The notes below the pieces were generated by a model. It made no database searches. It was not told where the DNA came from and saw only the letters and a program-made list of their open reading frames with translations. A stretch of DNA of 64,000 bases from the NCBI GenBank assembly GCA_043826415.1, contig JBDRQE010000042.1, positions 97,037 to 161,036 of the forward strand, given 5' to 3'. Numbering within the stretch: the stretch's first letter is position 1; every line of letters begins with the position of its first letter. This DNA comes from Pseudomonadota bacterium (GTDB lineage Bacteria > Desulfobacterota > Desulfobulbia > Desulfobulbales > Desulfocapsaceae). Positions 52,850 to 62,941 of this stretch are shown one piece after another. The translations under genes and the position numbers were made by a program.

Positions 52850-54870
52850 TCACCATCGACTTCTACACGGTTGCGGCCGGAAGATTTGGCCCGATAGAGC
52901 ATTGCATCCACCAGGGAGAGGATGTCTTCAATGGATTGCCGCACAGTACAATTAACCGTCAGAACTCCAAGGCTGGCTGTAACCGAGTCTGCTACCTTTG
53001 ATCCCTGGTGGGGTATGGCCAGGGCATAAATGGACTGGCGGATATTTTCGGCCATGCTTACAGCACCATTCAGGTCTGTTTCCGGCAAAATGCAGGCAAA
53101 TTCCTCCCCGCCATAACGGGCAGCAAGGTCTGTAGCCCGGTGAGCGCAGCCCGCTATCACCTTGCCGATCTGACGTAGACATTCATCACCCTTGATATGA
53201 CCATAGGTATCATTAAAGGCCTTGAAGTAGTCAATATCCAACAGAATCAGTGACAGTTTCACCCCTGACCGGGCACACCGGCTATACTCCTGCACCAGCG
53301 TTTCATCAAAATGGCGCCGGTTGGCAATACCTGTCAGTCCATCAGTAATACTCAAGGCCGCCAGCTTTTGGTTGTATTCATCCAGCAACTCTTCTGCCTG
53401 TTTCCGCTCTGTTATATCCCGCTCAATAAAAAACAGGGCACGAGGATTGCCGTTATCGTCACGAAGTATCTCGGCATTGATTTCGATGAAAAATGTGCCG
53501 CCGTCTTTCCGGATCATCAGAAACTCGACAGCACCGGCATGAGTGCCTTTTACCAGTTCACCAATCATGATGTTAGCCCTGGCGTGCCAGGCTGGATCAA
53601 AGAAGTCAAATATGTTGCGGCCTATAATTTCATCTACTGAATCGTATCCAAACATGGCTGACACCCTGCTGGAAACCTGGAGAATGATTCCATCTAAAGA
53701 AGCAATGGTGATCCCGTCCGGTGAGGTATTGATGATGGTACGCCAGAGCCTCTCCCGATCCGCCAGTTCTGCTGCTGTCGTGCGGTTTTCCATTATGCTC
53801 CTGGCTAAACGGCGATTAATCCGGAAGATATAGAGAATGATGACAAGAACAACGAGCATGACCGCCATGGTAATCATTCGCCAGATGTTGAGCCATTTCA
53901 GATTAAACTGGAAGCGGTGACTATTGTACAGCAGCCCTTCTATGTTCGCATCCCGTGCTAACAAGCCCAGATCAGCATAAACTTCGGCAATATGCTGCCA
54001 GCGGCCGGATTTACTATTACCGATTTCGATCTGATCCTGGCGAATAAGTGACACCATCTCCCTGGCCTGAAAGAGATAAAAATCAAGGGAATGGGTCTTG
54101 GAATAGCTGGTGGAAATCAAAGCAGCAATTTCATCAGGGTGTTGTATGGCATAGGACCACCCACGCAGGCTGGCATCACGAAAGGCCTCAAGCCTCTGAC
54201 CATGATTTTTGGCCTCCAGTTCAGTAGTAAAGAGGTTATCCCCATAAAAATCAATACCTGCCGAACGAGGAGTATACACCTGATAGGAAAACCGGGCTCG
54301 ATCCAGATAAAAGAGATCTTGCGTTGAAGAGGCGGAAATGGCATCCACCTTATTTTTAAGCAGATCACGAGGGTTAACGCTCTGCGGCTGTGCCTCTAAT
54401 TTTTCAGGAAACAGTCCTTCCTGTTTGAAATATGCTCGTAACTCGTCCGCCTGCTTGGCGATGAGAACCTTTTTCCCGGCCAGATCATGGAGAGACTGCC
54501 CTCCCTGCTGTTTTTTGGCCACGACGACCAGAGGCGAATGTTGAAAAATGACGGCCAACACCAGCACCGGTTGATCGGCAGCACGGGCCAGCAGCAGGCT
54601 GCTGTCGCCGACACCAAACTGGGCACTATTGGTAATAACTCTCTTGACGACATCGGTATCGGCTGTCGCCTCCAGAAAATCAACATCAAGACCGGCCTCA
54701 CGATAATAGCCATGCTCCTTGGCCGCATAGTAGCCGGCAAACTCAAAAGAGTGCGTGCCATTAAGCTGCAGGGAAACAGTCTCCAGGGCCGCGACCGGCA
54801 CGGAGGACAGGAGTGACGTTACCAGCAGGCACCAGAATAAGAAACGGGAGCGAAAGGGATAAAGAGACAT
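52846..54870 (-). CDS. Diguanylate cyclase: periplasmic NMT1/SsuA-like binding domain, TM, PAS, GGDEF
   Basis: LTGIANRRHFDE...LLDIDYFKAFNDTYGH..GDECL...RYGGEEFACIL is an intact GGEEF site. The ATG at 54870 gives a signal/TM start MSLYPFRSRFLFWCLLV. Confidence 0.85.
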   Translation of the reverse strand: MSLYPFRSRFLFWCLLVTSLLSSVPVAALETVSLQLNGTHSFEFAGYYAAKEHGYYREAGLDVDFLEATADTDVVKRVITNSAQFGVGDSSLLLARAADQPVLVLAVIFQHSPLVVVAKKQQGGQSLHDLAGKKVLIAKQADELRAYFKQEGLFPEKLEAQPQSVNPRDLLKNKVDAISASSTQDLFYLDRARFSYQVYTPRSAGIDFYGDNLFTTELEAKNHGQRLEAFRDASLRGWSYAIQHPDEIAALISTSYSKTHSLDFYLFQAREMVSLIRQDQIEIGNSKSGRWQHIAEVYADLGLLARDANIEGLLYNSHRFQFNLKWLNIWRMITMAVMLVVLVIILYIFRINRRLARSIMENRTTAAELADRERLWRTIINTSPDGITIASLDGIILQVSSRVSAMFGYDSVDEIIGRNIFDFFDPAWHARANIMIGELVKGTHAGAVEFLMIRKDGGTFFIEINAEILRDDNGNPRALFFIERDITERKQAEELLDEYNQKLAALSITDGLTGIANRRHFDETLVQEYSRCARSGVKLSLILLDIDYFKAFNDTYGHIKGDECLRQIGKVIAGCAHRATDLAARYGGEEFACILPETDLNGAVSMAENIRQSIYALAIPHQGSKVADSVTASLGVLTVNCTVRQSIEDILSLVDAMLYRAKSSGRNRVEVDGD

Positions 54871-55264
54871 TGAGTTTACACCAGAAGACGAAGCTGCAAC
54901 ATGGACTGTTTTCACACAGTACACTGTTCGTGCTGGAAGCTCAAAGAGTAATTCTTACGGGATGCGGATAAGAGATATGCAGAGGACTTGGAAAATACAA
55001 ATTTACCATTGTCGAACATATAGGTCAAAAGTCATTCCGGTAACGCTGGTATTTCTCGGGATGAAGGGACTGTGTAATATGGCTTCAGTGATGAGATGAA
55101 GCAAAGTGATGAACAACTTTCTACAGTGATCTGCGATACAATCCAACTCTAGTTCCCGTGCAGTATGAGAACCAGGGTTGGATTGTTTCACTCCAGAGAC
55201 AGAGTGTGTGAATATGTGGAAAACCTTACAAAAAGATTTTCCACTGGCAGCATTAATCTTTTAT

Positions 55265-55702
55265 TTACAGGAGAGTACCGGAAAATGTCTTTGTGCCTGC
55301 TCCAGCCGCAGTAACGGTTAATCCTAGTATTAAAGTATCTCCAGCTCCTAATGGGGAGACCGCACCTGTAGCTGTAATCGAACCGGAACCAGTTGCAGCA
55401 GCACCAACACCGGCAGTTGCACAAGTCGGGGCACCATAGGTGAAATACTTTCCAGCAGCTGGGGTCTCGAGTGTAAAAGTTGTAGCAGCAGCACCGGTTT
55501 CTTTTACTTTTAATATTTTACCACTACACAGGTCCATGACTTGGGCTAAAACGGTGTAAGCTTCCTGTGCCGCCGCCTCTTTCTTGTAGCCGTTATAAAT
55601 CGGTACGGCAATAGCGGAAATAATGGCAAGGATGACGGCCACGACCATCAGCTCGATGAGGGTAAAGCCGTTCTGATTCTGGATTACTTTTGTTACTTTC
55701 AT
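55265..55702 (-). CDS. Type IV pilin (prepilin-type N-terminal cleavage/methylation domain)
   Basis: MKVTKVIQNQNG|FTLIELMVVAVILAIISAIAVPIY has a class III signal peptide with a G/F cleavage site and E5. AAGGAG precedes the ATG at 55702. Confidence 0.85.
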   Translation of the reverse strand: MKVTKVIQNQNGFTLIELMVVAVILAIISAIAVPIYNGYKKEAAAQEAYTVLAQVMDLCSGKILKVKETGAAATTFTLETPAAGKYFTYGAPTCATAGVGAAATGSGSITATGAVSPLGAGDTLILGLTVTAAGAGTKTFSGTLL

Positions 55703-55916
55703 GTTGTTGTTCTCCTTTGAAAATGGAATGAGTAATGATGTGGCGAAGGGACCACGGTTATTTATAATCTGGCGGAACACCCGTCAGTTTATGGATTACT
55801 TAAGGGCCGTTAAGAAATAACCATTACATTTTCATCTATTTCTTTACGGCGCCTTATGCCGTTCACGATACGAGAATGTTATAGTTATTTTATTTACCAC
55901 GGCTTAGCACTTCCGG

Positions 55917-57011
55917 TTATTTTTGCACCATTGGCGGATAAGCGCCCTGCTTTTGACCCGGAACAGCAACAGGAGTGCTTACCACTGGTGTTGCCGATTT
56001 CATCGAGCTTGCTGCTGCATCCGGCACCCCGTAAACATGTCGTCGCATATCCTGGACCAGGCTGGCGGCAGCCTCTTCCATGGCCAGGGCAAGAAGGTGC
56101 TGCTGATCGTAACGATCAAAGGCATTGCCCGGGGTAACGGTAAACTCGGTTCGGTTGGCCCAGAGTACCTGGCCGTTACTGGTTGATTGCAGGGCCAGCT
56201 CCAGTTGAATACGGGCCTCGGGCACATCACCGCCCTGATTGGCAAGATAGGCAACTCCAGCACCCACCGCGCCCCAGACCAGGGCATTGCTGCCATGGGC
56301 ACTGGGATTGCCGTTAAATGGAGTTCCGGCGTTGGTTCCAATCAGGGCACCAGCAGTGCCGGCGGTCGCCATTTCCTGCCATGTGTCATACTGTTCGGAT
56401 TTGGCTATCCCAAAGAGAGTGGTGCTGGTGCCATCGACGACAAAGGGGAGAATCCCGCGCCGGAGGGGATTAAAGGTGCGATCCTGGCCGATACGGTACT
56501 CGACAATCCGGCCTCGTAACAGGTATTTTGCCTGGAAGCGATTCCCCAGCTCCTGAATAACCTGCGGACTGACACCTACGGTAGCAGGAGTTTGATTGCC
56601 ATTGTCGCCGGCCATGATGGCGTCTGTAACACTGTTGACATAACTGCCCCATTTTTCCGCATCCAACTGGCTGATACCTTCCTGCGCCGGAGCGATAATA
56701 TGCTCTGCAAACAAGAAGGCATTGACATCCTCCTGGATAGCCGGCATCAAGCCCGACCCCGACAACTGATGGGAAAGGGCGGCCATAATCTTGGCCTGAC
56801 GGCGAGTGGCCTTGTCCGGCGTGGTGCCGCTGGAATAATCGGCCAGAGGCATGATGACCACATTTTCTTTGATTCCGGAAGTGATTGAGGGATCAAAATC
56901 CGGACGAGCCGGGTCAATGGTCCGGGTGACAATGGGCTGACAGCCTCCGGCGCACAACATGGCTGTACTGAGGACAAACAGCACTGTTTGTTTTGTTATT
57001 TTTTTGTTCAT
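55917..57011 (-). CDS. Lipoprotein with a CsgG/LpoB-like motif pattern and an internal glycine-zipper segment
   Basis: The lipobox is LCAGGC. VVIMPLADYSSG, AKYLLRGRIVEY and ARIQLELALQSTSNGQVLWANR recall CsgG/LpoB-type lipoproteins. The Gly-rich insert is AGTAGALIGTNAG...WGAVGAGVAYLANQGG. AAGGAG forms the SD. Confidence 0.65.
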   Translation of the reverse strand: MNKKITKQTVLFVLSTAMLCAGGCQPIVTRTIDPARPDFDPSITSGIKENVVIMPLADYSSGTTPDKATRRQAKIMAALSHQLSGSGLMPAIQEDVNAFLFAEHIIAPAQEGISQLDAEKWGSYVNSVTDAIMAGDNGNQTPATVGVSPQVIQELGNRFQAKYLLRGRIVEYRIGQDRTFNPLRRGILPFVVDGTSTTLFGIAKSEQYDTWQEMATAGTAGALIGTNAGTPFNGNPSAHGSNALVWGAVGAGVAYLANQGGDVPEARIQLELALQSTSNGQVLWANRTEFTVTPGNAFDRYDQQHLLALAMEEAAASLVQDMRRHVYGVPDAAASSMKSATPVVSTPVAVPGQKQGAYPPMVQK

Positions 57012-57103
57012 TACAGCTCCTTTTTCTTATAAATCCCTTATATCCAGTCAGTTGAAGCCAGTTGCAGGTCCGCCTGTAAACTGACAAAGCCCGCAGCCCT
57101 TCC

Positions 57104-58375
57104 TTAATGCCCCTTCATCGCCTTGCCGAGCATAAAGATCGGCATATACATGGCGACCAGCAAAACACCTATCAAGGCCCCAAGAAAAACGATCATCAGC
57201 GGCTCAATAAGTGAAGAAAGAATCTTTACTTTATTCATCACCTTACGATCGTAAAAGGCCGCTATTTTATCCAGCATATCATCTATGGTTCCGGTATGTT
57301 CACCCGCCGTCAAGAGCTGATTGGCAATGGGCGGCAGGACTTTATACTTCTTGAACTGAGCGGAAATCATCTCTCCTTCCGCCACCCCCTCTTTCGTGGT
57401 AATGATACGGTTACGGTAGGTAATCCAGGGAGTGGCCATTGCCGTATGCTGCAAGGCTTGCAGAACATGGATGCCGCTGCGGATGAGAAGCCCGAAAGTC
57501 CGGGAGATCTGGACATAAATATATTCTTCAATCAGGCTGCCGAAAATGGGAATACGATAGACGAACTGCTCCATTTTTTCCCGATACTTAGGGATGCCCC
57601 ACAACCAGTTAGCAACAAAAATCACCAGGGCAACCCCAATACCGCACAAGATAAAATGATCGCGAATGGTATGGCTGACAGCAATCAGAGAGCGGGTGAT
57701 AAGAGGTAGTTTTGACCCGAATTCAGCATAGATGGCCTCAAACATGGGCAAGACCTTGAGCAGCATCACCAACACCATCCCAAAAGCCACCACCAGGGTG
57801 ATTGCCGGATAGGCCAGGGCCCCAATGACATTACCACGCACCTCATGGAGCCGGTCCATTTGAAAGCTGATACTTTTCAAAACCGTGTCCAGCTGCCCAC
57901 TGGCCTCGCCCACGGCCACGACATTGACAATAACCTCTTCAAAAATTCTGGGATACTCGGCCAGGGCCTGGGAAAGGTCCTTACCTTCCTGGATGCTTTT
58001 GCTGATCCCAAAAAACATCTGCTGGGCCCGAGCATCTTCCATCTCTTCCCCTAAGGCTTCAAGGGCCGGCATCAAGTCCAGCCCTGCTTCGAGCATGGCA
58101 GCCAATTGAAAAAAGATAAAGGCCTTGGTTGCAAGAGACGGGCGATAAGGGAACCATTGGGCCAGCAGACTGCCTTTTTTACGGGTCGAGTACTTCCTTT
58201 CAAGAATGGCTGCCTGTTCCGCATTAATCTCCTCCAGCGACAGTAAAACAGCAACAAAGGCCCGGGCCATGACCATGGCTCCCTGCTTATTGCCGGCAGT
58301 CAGGACTCCGGTTTTCAGCTGGGAATTCTTGTCGCGGCCCTGATATTTATAATAGAGGGTGTCCTTATCAGCCAT
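57104..58375 (-). CDS. Type II secretion system F family / PilC-like pilus platform protein
   Basis: Two T2SSF repeats are present (AGLDLMPALEAL, SGIHVLQAL), with three TM segments. Length is 423 aa. Confidence 0.88.
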   Translation of the reverse strand: MADKDTLYYKYQGRDKNSQLKTGVLTAGNKQGAMVMARAFVAVLLSLEEINAEQAAILERKYSTRKKGSLLAQWFPYRPSLATKAFIFFQLAAMLEAGLDLMPALEALGEEMEDARAQQMFFGISKSIQEGKDLSQALAEYPRIFEEVIVNVVAVGEASGQLDTVLKSISFQMDRLHEVRGNVIGALAYPAITLVVAFGMVLVMLLKVLPMFEAIYAEFGSKLPLITRSLIAVSHTIRDHFILCGIGVALVIFVANWLWGIPKYREKMEQFVYRIPIFGSLIEEYIYVQISRTFGLLIRSGIHVLQALQHTAMATPWITYRNRIITTKEGVAEGEMISAQFKKYKVLPPIANQLLTAGEHTGTIDDMLDKIAAFYDRKVMNKVKILSSLIEPLMIVFLGALIGVLLVAMYMPIFMLGKAMKGH

Positions 58376-60137
58376 GAATCAGCACCTTTGCCATTTCTTC
58401 GAGGGTGGTCACTCCGTTTTTTACCGCCAGCAGTCCGGGACGTTCAATAGTATCATAGAGACCAAGTTTATAGCCGGTTTCCTTGATTCTGGAGGACATG
58501 ACCCCGGTGGCAATCATCTTGATCAATTCACCTTCAACAGATAGATATTCCAGCAGCGACATCCTCCCTTTATAGCCGCTCTGATTACAGGCTGGGCAAC
58601 CGCGCCCCCGTTTAAAGTTGAAATCGCTGAAATTAAACCCGGGAAACATATTGAGGGCAGTCTGTTCCGGTTGATAGCTTTCCATGCACTCGGAACAGTT
58701 GCGTCTGACTAACCGCTGAGCACCGATGAAACGGAGAGAGGCGGCCAGCAGATAGGGCGGAATCCCCATATCCAGCAGACGATCCAGAGTGGCGGAGGCA
58801 CTGTTGGTATGGAGAGTGGAAAGAACCAGATGGCCGGTCTGGGCCGCCCGGATGGCAATCTCGGCTGTTTCCTGATCCCTGATTTCACCAACCATGATAA
58901 CATCGGGGTCCTGCCGCAGGGAGGTGCGCAAAACCGAGGCAAAAGTCAGGCCGATAGCCGGATGGATATTGACCTGGGTAATCCCGGGCATATGATACTC
59001 TACCGGATCCTCAATGGTGATGACATTGAGTCTGCGGGTATCCACCTCCCGCAGCAGGGAATAGAGGGTGGTGGACTTGCCGCTGCCGGTGGGACCGGTA
59101 AGCAGGATAATGCCGCTGGTATTTTTGATGGCCCGAAGCATGGCTTTTTCGGTATTCTTGTCAATACCAAGGCGATCCAGGCGCAGCATGCCGGTCCCCC
59201 GCCGCAAAAGACGAAGCACTAACTTCTCGCCGTGGATGGTAGGCAGGGTGGAAACCCGAAAATCGACCTCCACCCCTTTATTGATGGTGGAGAATCGACC
59301 ATCCTGGGGCAGTCGCCTTTCCGCAATATTCATATCCGACTGCACCTTGACTGTGGTCATAAAGGGGACAAAGCGCTCCTTGCTGACCCGGGTGATCTCG
59401 TGGAGCACACCATCAATCCGGAAACGGACAATGGCCTCTTCCCGTCCCGGCTCCACATGAATATCCGAGGCATTGAGCTGAATAGATTTCTGAAGGAGTT
59501 GGTGAAGTAACAGCTGGGCCGGAGCAAGGTCCTGGCCATCACCATCTTCCAGATGGAGATGTGATTTTTTGCCGGCGCCTTCCACCTCTTCCTCGATGTC
59601 TTTACGGCCGCTATCCGAACGGTTGGGCGATTGCAACTCAAGACTTGCCAGCAAATCGGCATGCATCCTGATTCCGCCGTCAACGCCACTGTCATCATCA
59701 TAGAGGACAGACATGCCGGTATTAAAGATCTCCGGTGAGATCAGCAAGGACTGAATCCTTCTGCCGGTTGAGATCCGTAGAAGCTCTATGGTGTCGAGAT
59801 TAGTAGGCACGGTCATCCCGACCTTGAGGGTCTGGCCGTTATCATGGAGCGGCAGGGACTCATGATTTTTGGCGGTTTCCTGATCGATGAACTTGATCAG
59901 GTCACGGTTCCACTCAAAATCTCGGCCCGGCCGGGCAAACAAGACACCAATCTGGCCGGCCAGCACATCCCAGGAGTGATGATCATCGGCCAGAACACCC
60001 AGACGGAGCAGCGCGGAAAATAATTGTTCGTTCTGATGCCGTTCGTGCATGGCAAAGGACAGATCTTTTTCAGTGATCAGCCGATGCTCAACCAGCAGCT
60101 CACCAATGAGTTTTCTTGAGTTCTCAGAAAAAATCAT
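58368..60137 (-). CDS. GspE/PilB-family secretion/pilus assembly ATPase
   Basis: Walker A is GPTGSGKSTT. Asp and His boxes are present, as is the tetracysteine CSEC...CPAC. It has a T2SSE_N-like N-terminus. Its start overlaps the secretin stop as ATGA. Confidence 0.9.
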   Translation of the reverse strand: MIFSENSRKLIGELLVEHRLITEKDLSFAMHERHQNEQLFSALLRLGVLADDHHSWDVLAGQIGVLFARPGRDFEWNRDLIKFIDQETAKNHESLPLHDNGQTLKVGMTVPTNLDTIELLRISTGRRIQSLLISPEIFNTGMSVLYDDDSGVDGGIRMHADLLASLELQSPNRSDSGRKDIEEEVEGAGKKSHLHLEDGDGQDLAPAQLLLHQLLQKSIQLNASDIHVEPGREEAIVRFRIDGVLHEITRVSKERFVPFMTTVKVQSDMNIAERRLPQDGRFSTINKGVEVDFRVSTLPTIHGEKLVLRLLRRGTGMLRLDRLGIDKNTEKAMLRAIKNTSGIILLTGPTGSGKSTTLYSLLREVDTRRLNVITIEDPVEYHMPGITQVNIHPAIGLTFASVLRTSLRQDPDVIMVGEIRDQETAEIAIRAAQTGHLVLSTLHTNSASATLDRLLDMGIPPYLLAASLRFIGAQRLVRRNCSECMESYQPEQTALNMFPGFNFSDFNFKRGRGCPACNQSGYKGRMSLLEYLSVEGELIKMIATGVMSSRIKETGYKLGLYDTIERPGLLAVKNGVTTLEEMAKVLIHG

Positions 60138-61912
60138 TCTTTCAGTTCCGTATGGTTCAATTCAGCGGGTGGAAGTTTGATCCGCTGTCTACTGTTGGTG
60201 GAAATGATAGTGGGACGGACAATCATCATCAGCTCTCCCGTATCCTTTCGATCCTCTTTATAACTGAAGAGAGCGCCGAGCAGAGGAATATCCTTGAGAT
60301 AAGGCACCCCTTCCGAGGAGCGGTTATCCTGTTCGACCTTAAGGCCGCCCAAAACAATGGTCTCTCCATTTTTTACCAGCAGGGTGGTGTCAATGGAGCG
60401 CTCGGTGACCTCTGGAATACCGTTCACTGTCTTCTCATCAGCGGCTCGGTTCTGCAGGGTAATCCGCATCATCAAGGTCCCTTCAGGACTGACATGGGGG
60501 GTAATGGTGGCAATCAGTTTGGCTGGAATCTCCTTCAGAGAAGTTCCATCTGCGTTTTCGTACCAGGCATAGATATTGCGGCCCGAGGTGATGGTGGCCT
60601 CACGGTTATCCTGCACCGTCAATTCCGGCTGGGAGAGGATGTTGATATCACCATTGCTCTCCAGGGCCTGCATCTCGGCCACTAAGGAACCGGCGTCGGT
60701 GGTAATACCCATGCCAAGACTATAGGCATTGCCATTATATGGGGATGACTCGGTCTCATGTGTAAAGGTATCACTCCCCTCTTCAGTTACAAGCGGGATG
60801 GCACCATTGCTGATCCCTGCCAGGGGATAATTAAAGGCGCTCGTTGCCCCGTCATAGATATCCCGGCTTTTTCCCCAGACCAGCCCGTCGTCAAAATTGA
60901 ATTTGCCGGCCCAGCGTACCCCAATGGACTTGGCGACTGAAGAGCTGGTCTCAATGATCCAGGCCTGAATCTTGACCTGGGGCGCCGGTTGATCAAGTTC
61001 TGCCAGGACGTTCATGATCTTGGCCAGATTCGTCTCTTCATCTTTCACAATGATACTGTTAGTGGCCTCATTGATGGTGACCGCAGGCGGCTCTGAGACA
61101 TTTTTAGGATCAGAGAGAAGACTCTTGACCAGATTTTCCAGATCAGCCCTTTTTACCTGGTCGGAGGCACCAGTAGTGGTCTTGTCTTGAATCGAACCAT
61201 CTACCCGCAGGTAATTATCATTGAGATGACTGGTCACCTGGAGGTATTTGAAACGGTACGGGGCACTGGTCTTCACTGGAGCTTGCCGTTTAATCTCGAC
61301 AATTTTAGTCTGTGGACGGATATGGAAGGTATTATTTTCTATTTCATAGCCCAGGCCGCACATATTCATGATCTGGGTGATCGTGCCCCAGAGACTGACA
61401 TCACGAAGACGAAGGCTCACCGAACAGACACCGGTTGAGCTCCCGTCTGCCGCAGCCTTCTTCTCGCTCATATCCATGATGACATTGATTCCGTAATCAC
61501 CAAGGACGTTGACCAGATACGGTTCAATATTAGCCCGGTCAAGTTCAACCGATGACAGGATAATGGGCTTGCGGGTCTTATTTTCCAGAAACATCTCGGG
61601 GATTTCAATCGCCCCCTTGGGCAGCTGCGGCTGGTATGCCTGCTGCTCAGGTTTTGGCACCGGCAGAGAATCAAAGGGATCCGCTGCTTCGGTATTGATA
61701 TTGACCGAATTGGCGTCAATAATAGCCGGCGCCAGGGGGGCAGGCTGATAGATAGTGGGCGGCGGCATCTGATCCTGAGCCCGCATGCCCTTGATAGTAA
61801 TTTCTTCTTTGGCCTGAACGCTCTCTGCCGCAATAACCGGGAACAAAAGCAAGCACACAATCATCGTCGAGATTGCTCCTCGCAGGGGAAATTTTCGTGC
61901 TGGTTTCATCAT
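60134..61912 (-). CDS. Secretin (PilQ/GspD family outer membrane channel)
   Basis: The C-terminal secretin domain reads ILSQPELTVQDNREATITSG...VPYLKDIPLLGALF...ELMMIVRPTII. I chose the ATG at 61912 (MMKPARKF, signal peptide), because the track start is a TTG. Confidence 0.85.
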   Translation of the reverse strand: MMKPARKFPLRGAISTMIVCLLLFPVIAAESVQAKEEITIKGMRAQDQMPPPTIYQPAPLAPAIIDANSVNINTEAADPFDSLPVPKPEQQAYQPQLPKGAIEIPEMFLENKTRKPIILSSVELDRANIEPYLVNVLGDYGINVIMDMSEKKAAADGSSTGVCSVSLRLRDVSLWGTITQIMNMCGLGYEIENNTFHIRPQTKIVEIKRQAPVKTSAPYRFKYLQVTSHLNDNYLRVDGSIQDKTTTGASDQVKRADLENLVKSLLSDPKNVSEPPAVTINEATNSIIVKDEETNLAKIMNVLAELDQPAPQVKIQAWIIETSSSVAKSIGVRWAGKFNFDDGLVWGKSRDIYDGATSAFNYPLAGISNGAIPLVTEEGSDTFTHETESSPYNGNAYSLGMGITTDAGSLVAEMQALESNGDINILSQPELTVQDNREATITSGRNIYAWYENADGTSLKEIPAKLIATITPHVSPEGTLMMRITLQNRAADEKTVNGIPEVTERSIDTTLLVKNGETIVLGGLKVEQDNRSSEGVPYLKDIPLLGALFSYKEDRKDTGELMMIVRPTIISTNSRQRIKLPPAELNHTELKE

Positions 61913-61949
61913 AGTTTCACTCTCTTTTATTCTCAAAGATGGATGAGCA

Positions 61950-62912
61950 TTAGTACTGTTTTCGTGCTATACGCAGGCGGTATCTGAAACGCTCTTTACC
62001 AAGGATGACTTCATCAGCGTTGATCTCAACAATATGAAACTCCTCAAAATTCATACCTGCCTCTAAATATTTATTATTGATTAAAGCCTTATAGCCATCT
62101 TTTATAGCCATAATACCATTGAGCTGCAGTGATTCCGGTGCGGGCCGGAATACTACGTCCTCTCCCTTCTTGTTATTTTTTTCCGGGATGACCGTTGTCT
62201 CCTGTGCGTATGACCTGAAGGGATTTCTCTCGACTTCCTGGTTTGCCAGGGCAGGGGGTGTGACCACGGAGGTAAAATTCTTGGGGACCCCTTCCACCCA
62301 ATGCCATTTCAGTGAAAAAGAGAGCCAGTCGTCTGGTCTCTGCAACTCCATGTTGTCAAGGGCGGGAGGCTCAACGGCCTTGCCGTTGATAGTGGCTGCT
62401 TTCTGTGATTTTTTTCCTTCATTTACATCCACAGCAGATCCTGCAATGGTGAGTCCGGAAACAACCGCATGTTTTTCTTCCTCCAACCAGCGGACAAGGC
62501 TGACGATATCAGCAAATCGGGCCCCGCCGGTCAAGGTAAAGGAGACAATGGTCAGGAGGTCCTGCTTTTCTCTCTCCTGCTGTACCAGGCCAAGGAAATC
62601 CATCTGGTGTTCTTCAAAGAAGGGTGTCAGCTCTTTGAGAAGCCGGGGCTGGATCGTAGGCAGCGGGATGTCATCTTTGGTAAAGTAGTTGAAACGAGTT
62701 TCATAGACCGCATCACCATTCAGACCACGAGCCAGTGCCTCATCCCAGGCCTGGCGAGCACTTTTCACCGTTGCCAGCTCCTGATTCAGTGTCTGAATTC
62801 TGGCCTCGTTGGGCGTAAAGTATTTCTTGTTATACTGCCACCCACCTGCAACAACGATGAGGATGGACATAACGACAAGAAAAATGAGGGGCTGCCAGTT
62901 TTTAGATTCCAT
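61950..62912 (-). CDS. Bitopic membrane protein, PilO-like N-terminal half fused to a PilP-like C-terminal domain
   Basis: An N-terminal TM helix and coiled coil lead to LLTIVSFTLTGGARFADIVSLVRWLEEE (PilO-like). After a linker come RNPF and LQLNGIMAIKDGYKALINNKYLEAGMNF..FHIVEINADEVIL (PilP-like). Confidence 0.5.
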   Translation of the reverse strand: MESKNWQPLIFLVVMSILIVVAGGWQYNKKYFTPNEARIQTLNQELATVKSARQAWDEALARGLNGDAVYETRFNYFTKDDIPLPTIQPRLLKELTPFFEEHQMDFLGLVQQEREKQDLLTIVSFTLTGGARFADIVSLVRWLEEEKHAVVSGLTIAGSAVDVNEGKKSQKAATINGKAVEPPALDNMELQRPDDWLSFSLKWHWVEGVPKNFTSVVTPPALANQEVERNPFRSYAQETTVIPEKNNKKGEDVVFRPAPESLQLNGIMAIKDGYKALINNKYLEAGMNFEEFHIVEINADEVILGKERFRYRLRIARKQY

Positions 62913-62941
62913 GTACCTTGGATCCTCTTGATAAAATATGG

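Noticed and set aside
55003-55424. Two small minus-strand ORFs (62 and 78 aa) between the cyclase and pilin genes.
   Set aside because: One overlaps the pilin 3' end out of frame. Neither has an SD or recognisable motifs, and the region is AT-rich intergenic.
55703-55916. Sigma-54 promoter (TGGCAC-N5-TTGC) expected upstream of a pilin gene.
   Set aside because: I read both strands and found no GG-N10-GC element with acceptable flanks, so I make no call.
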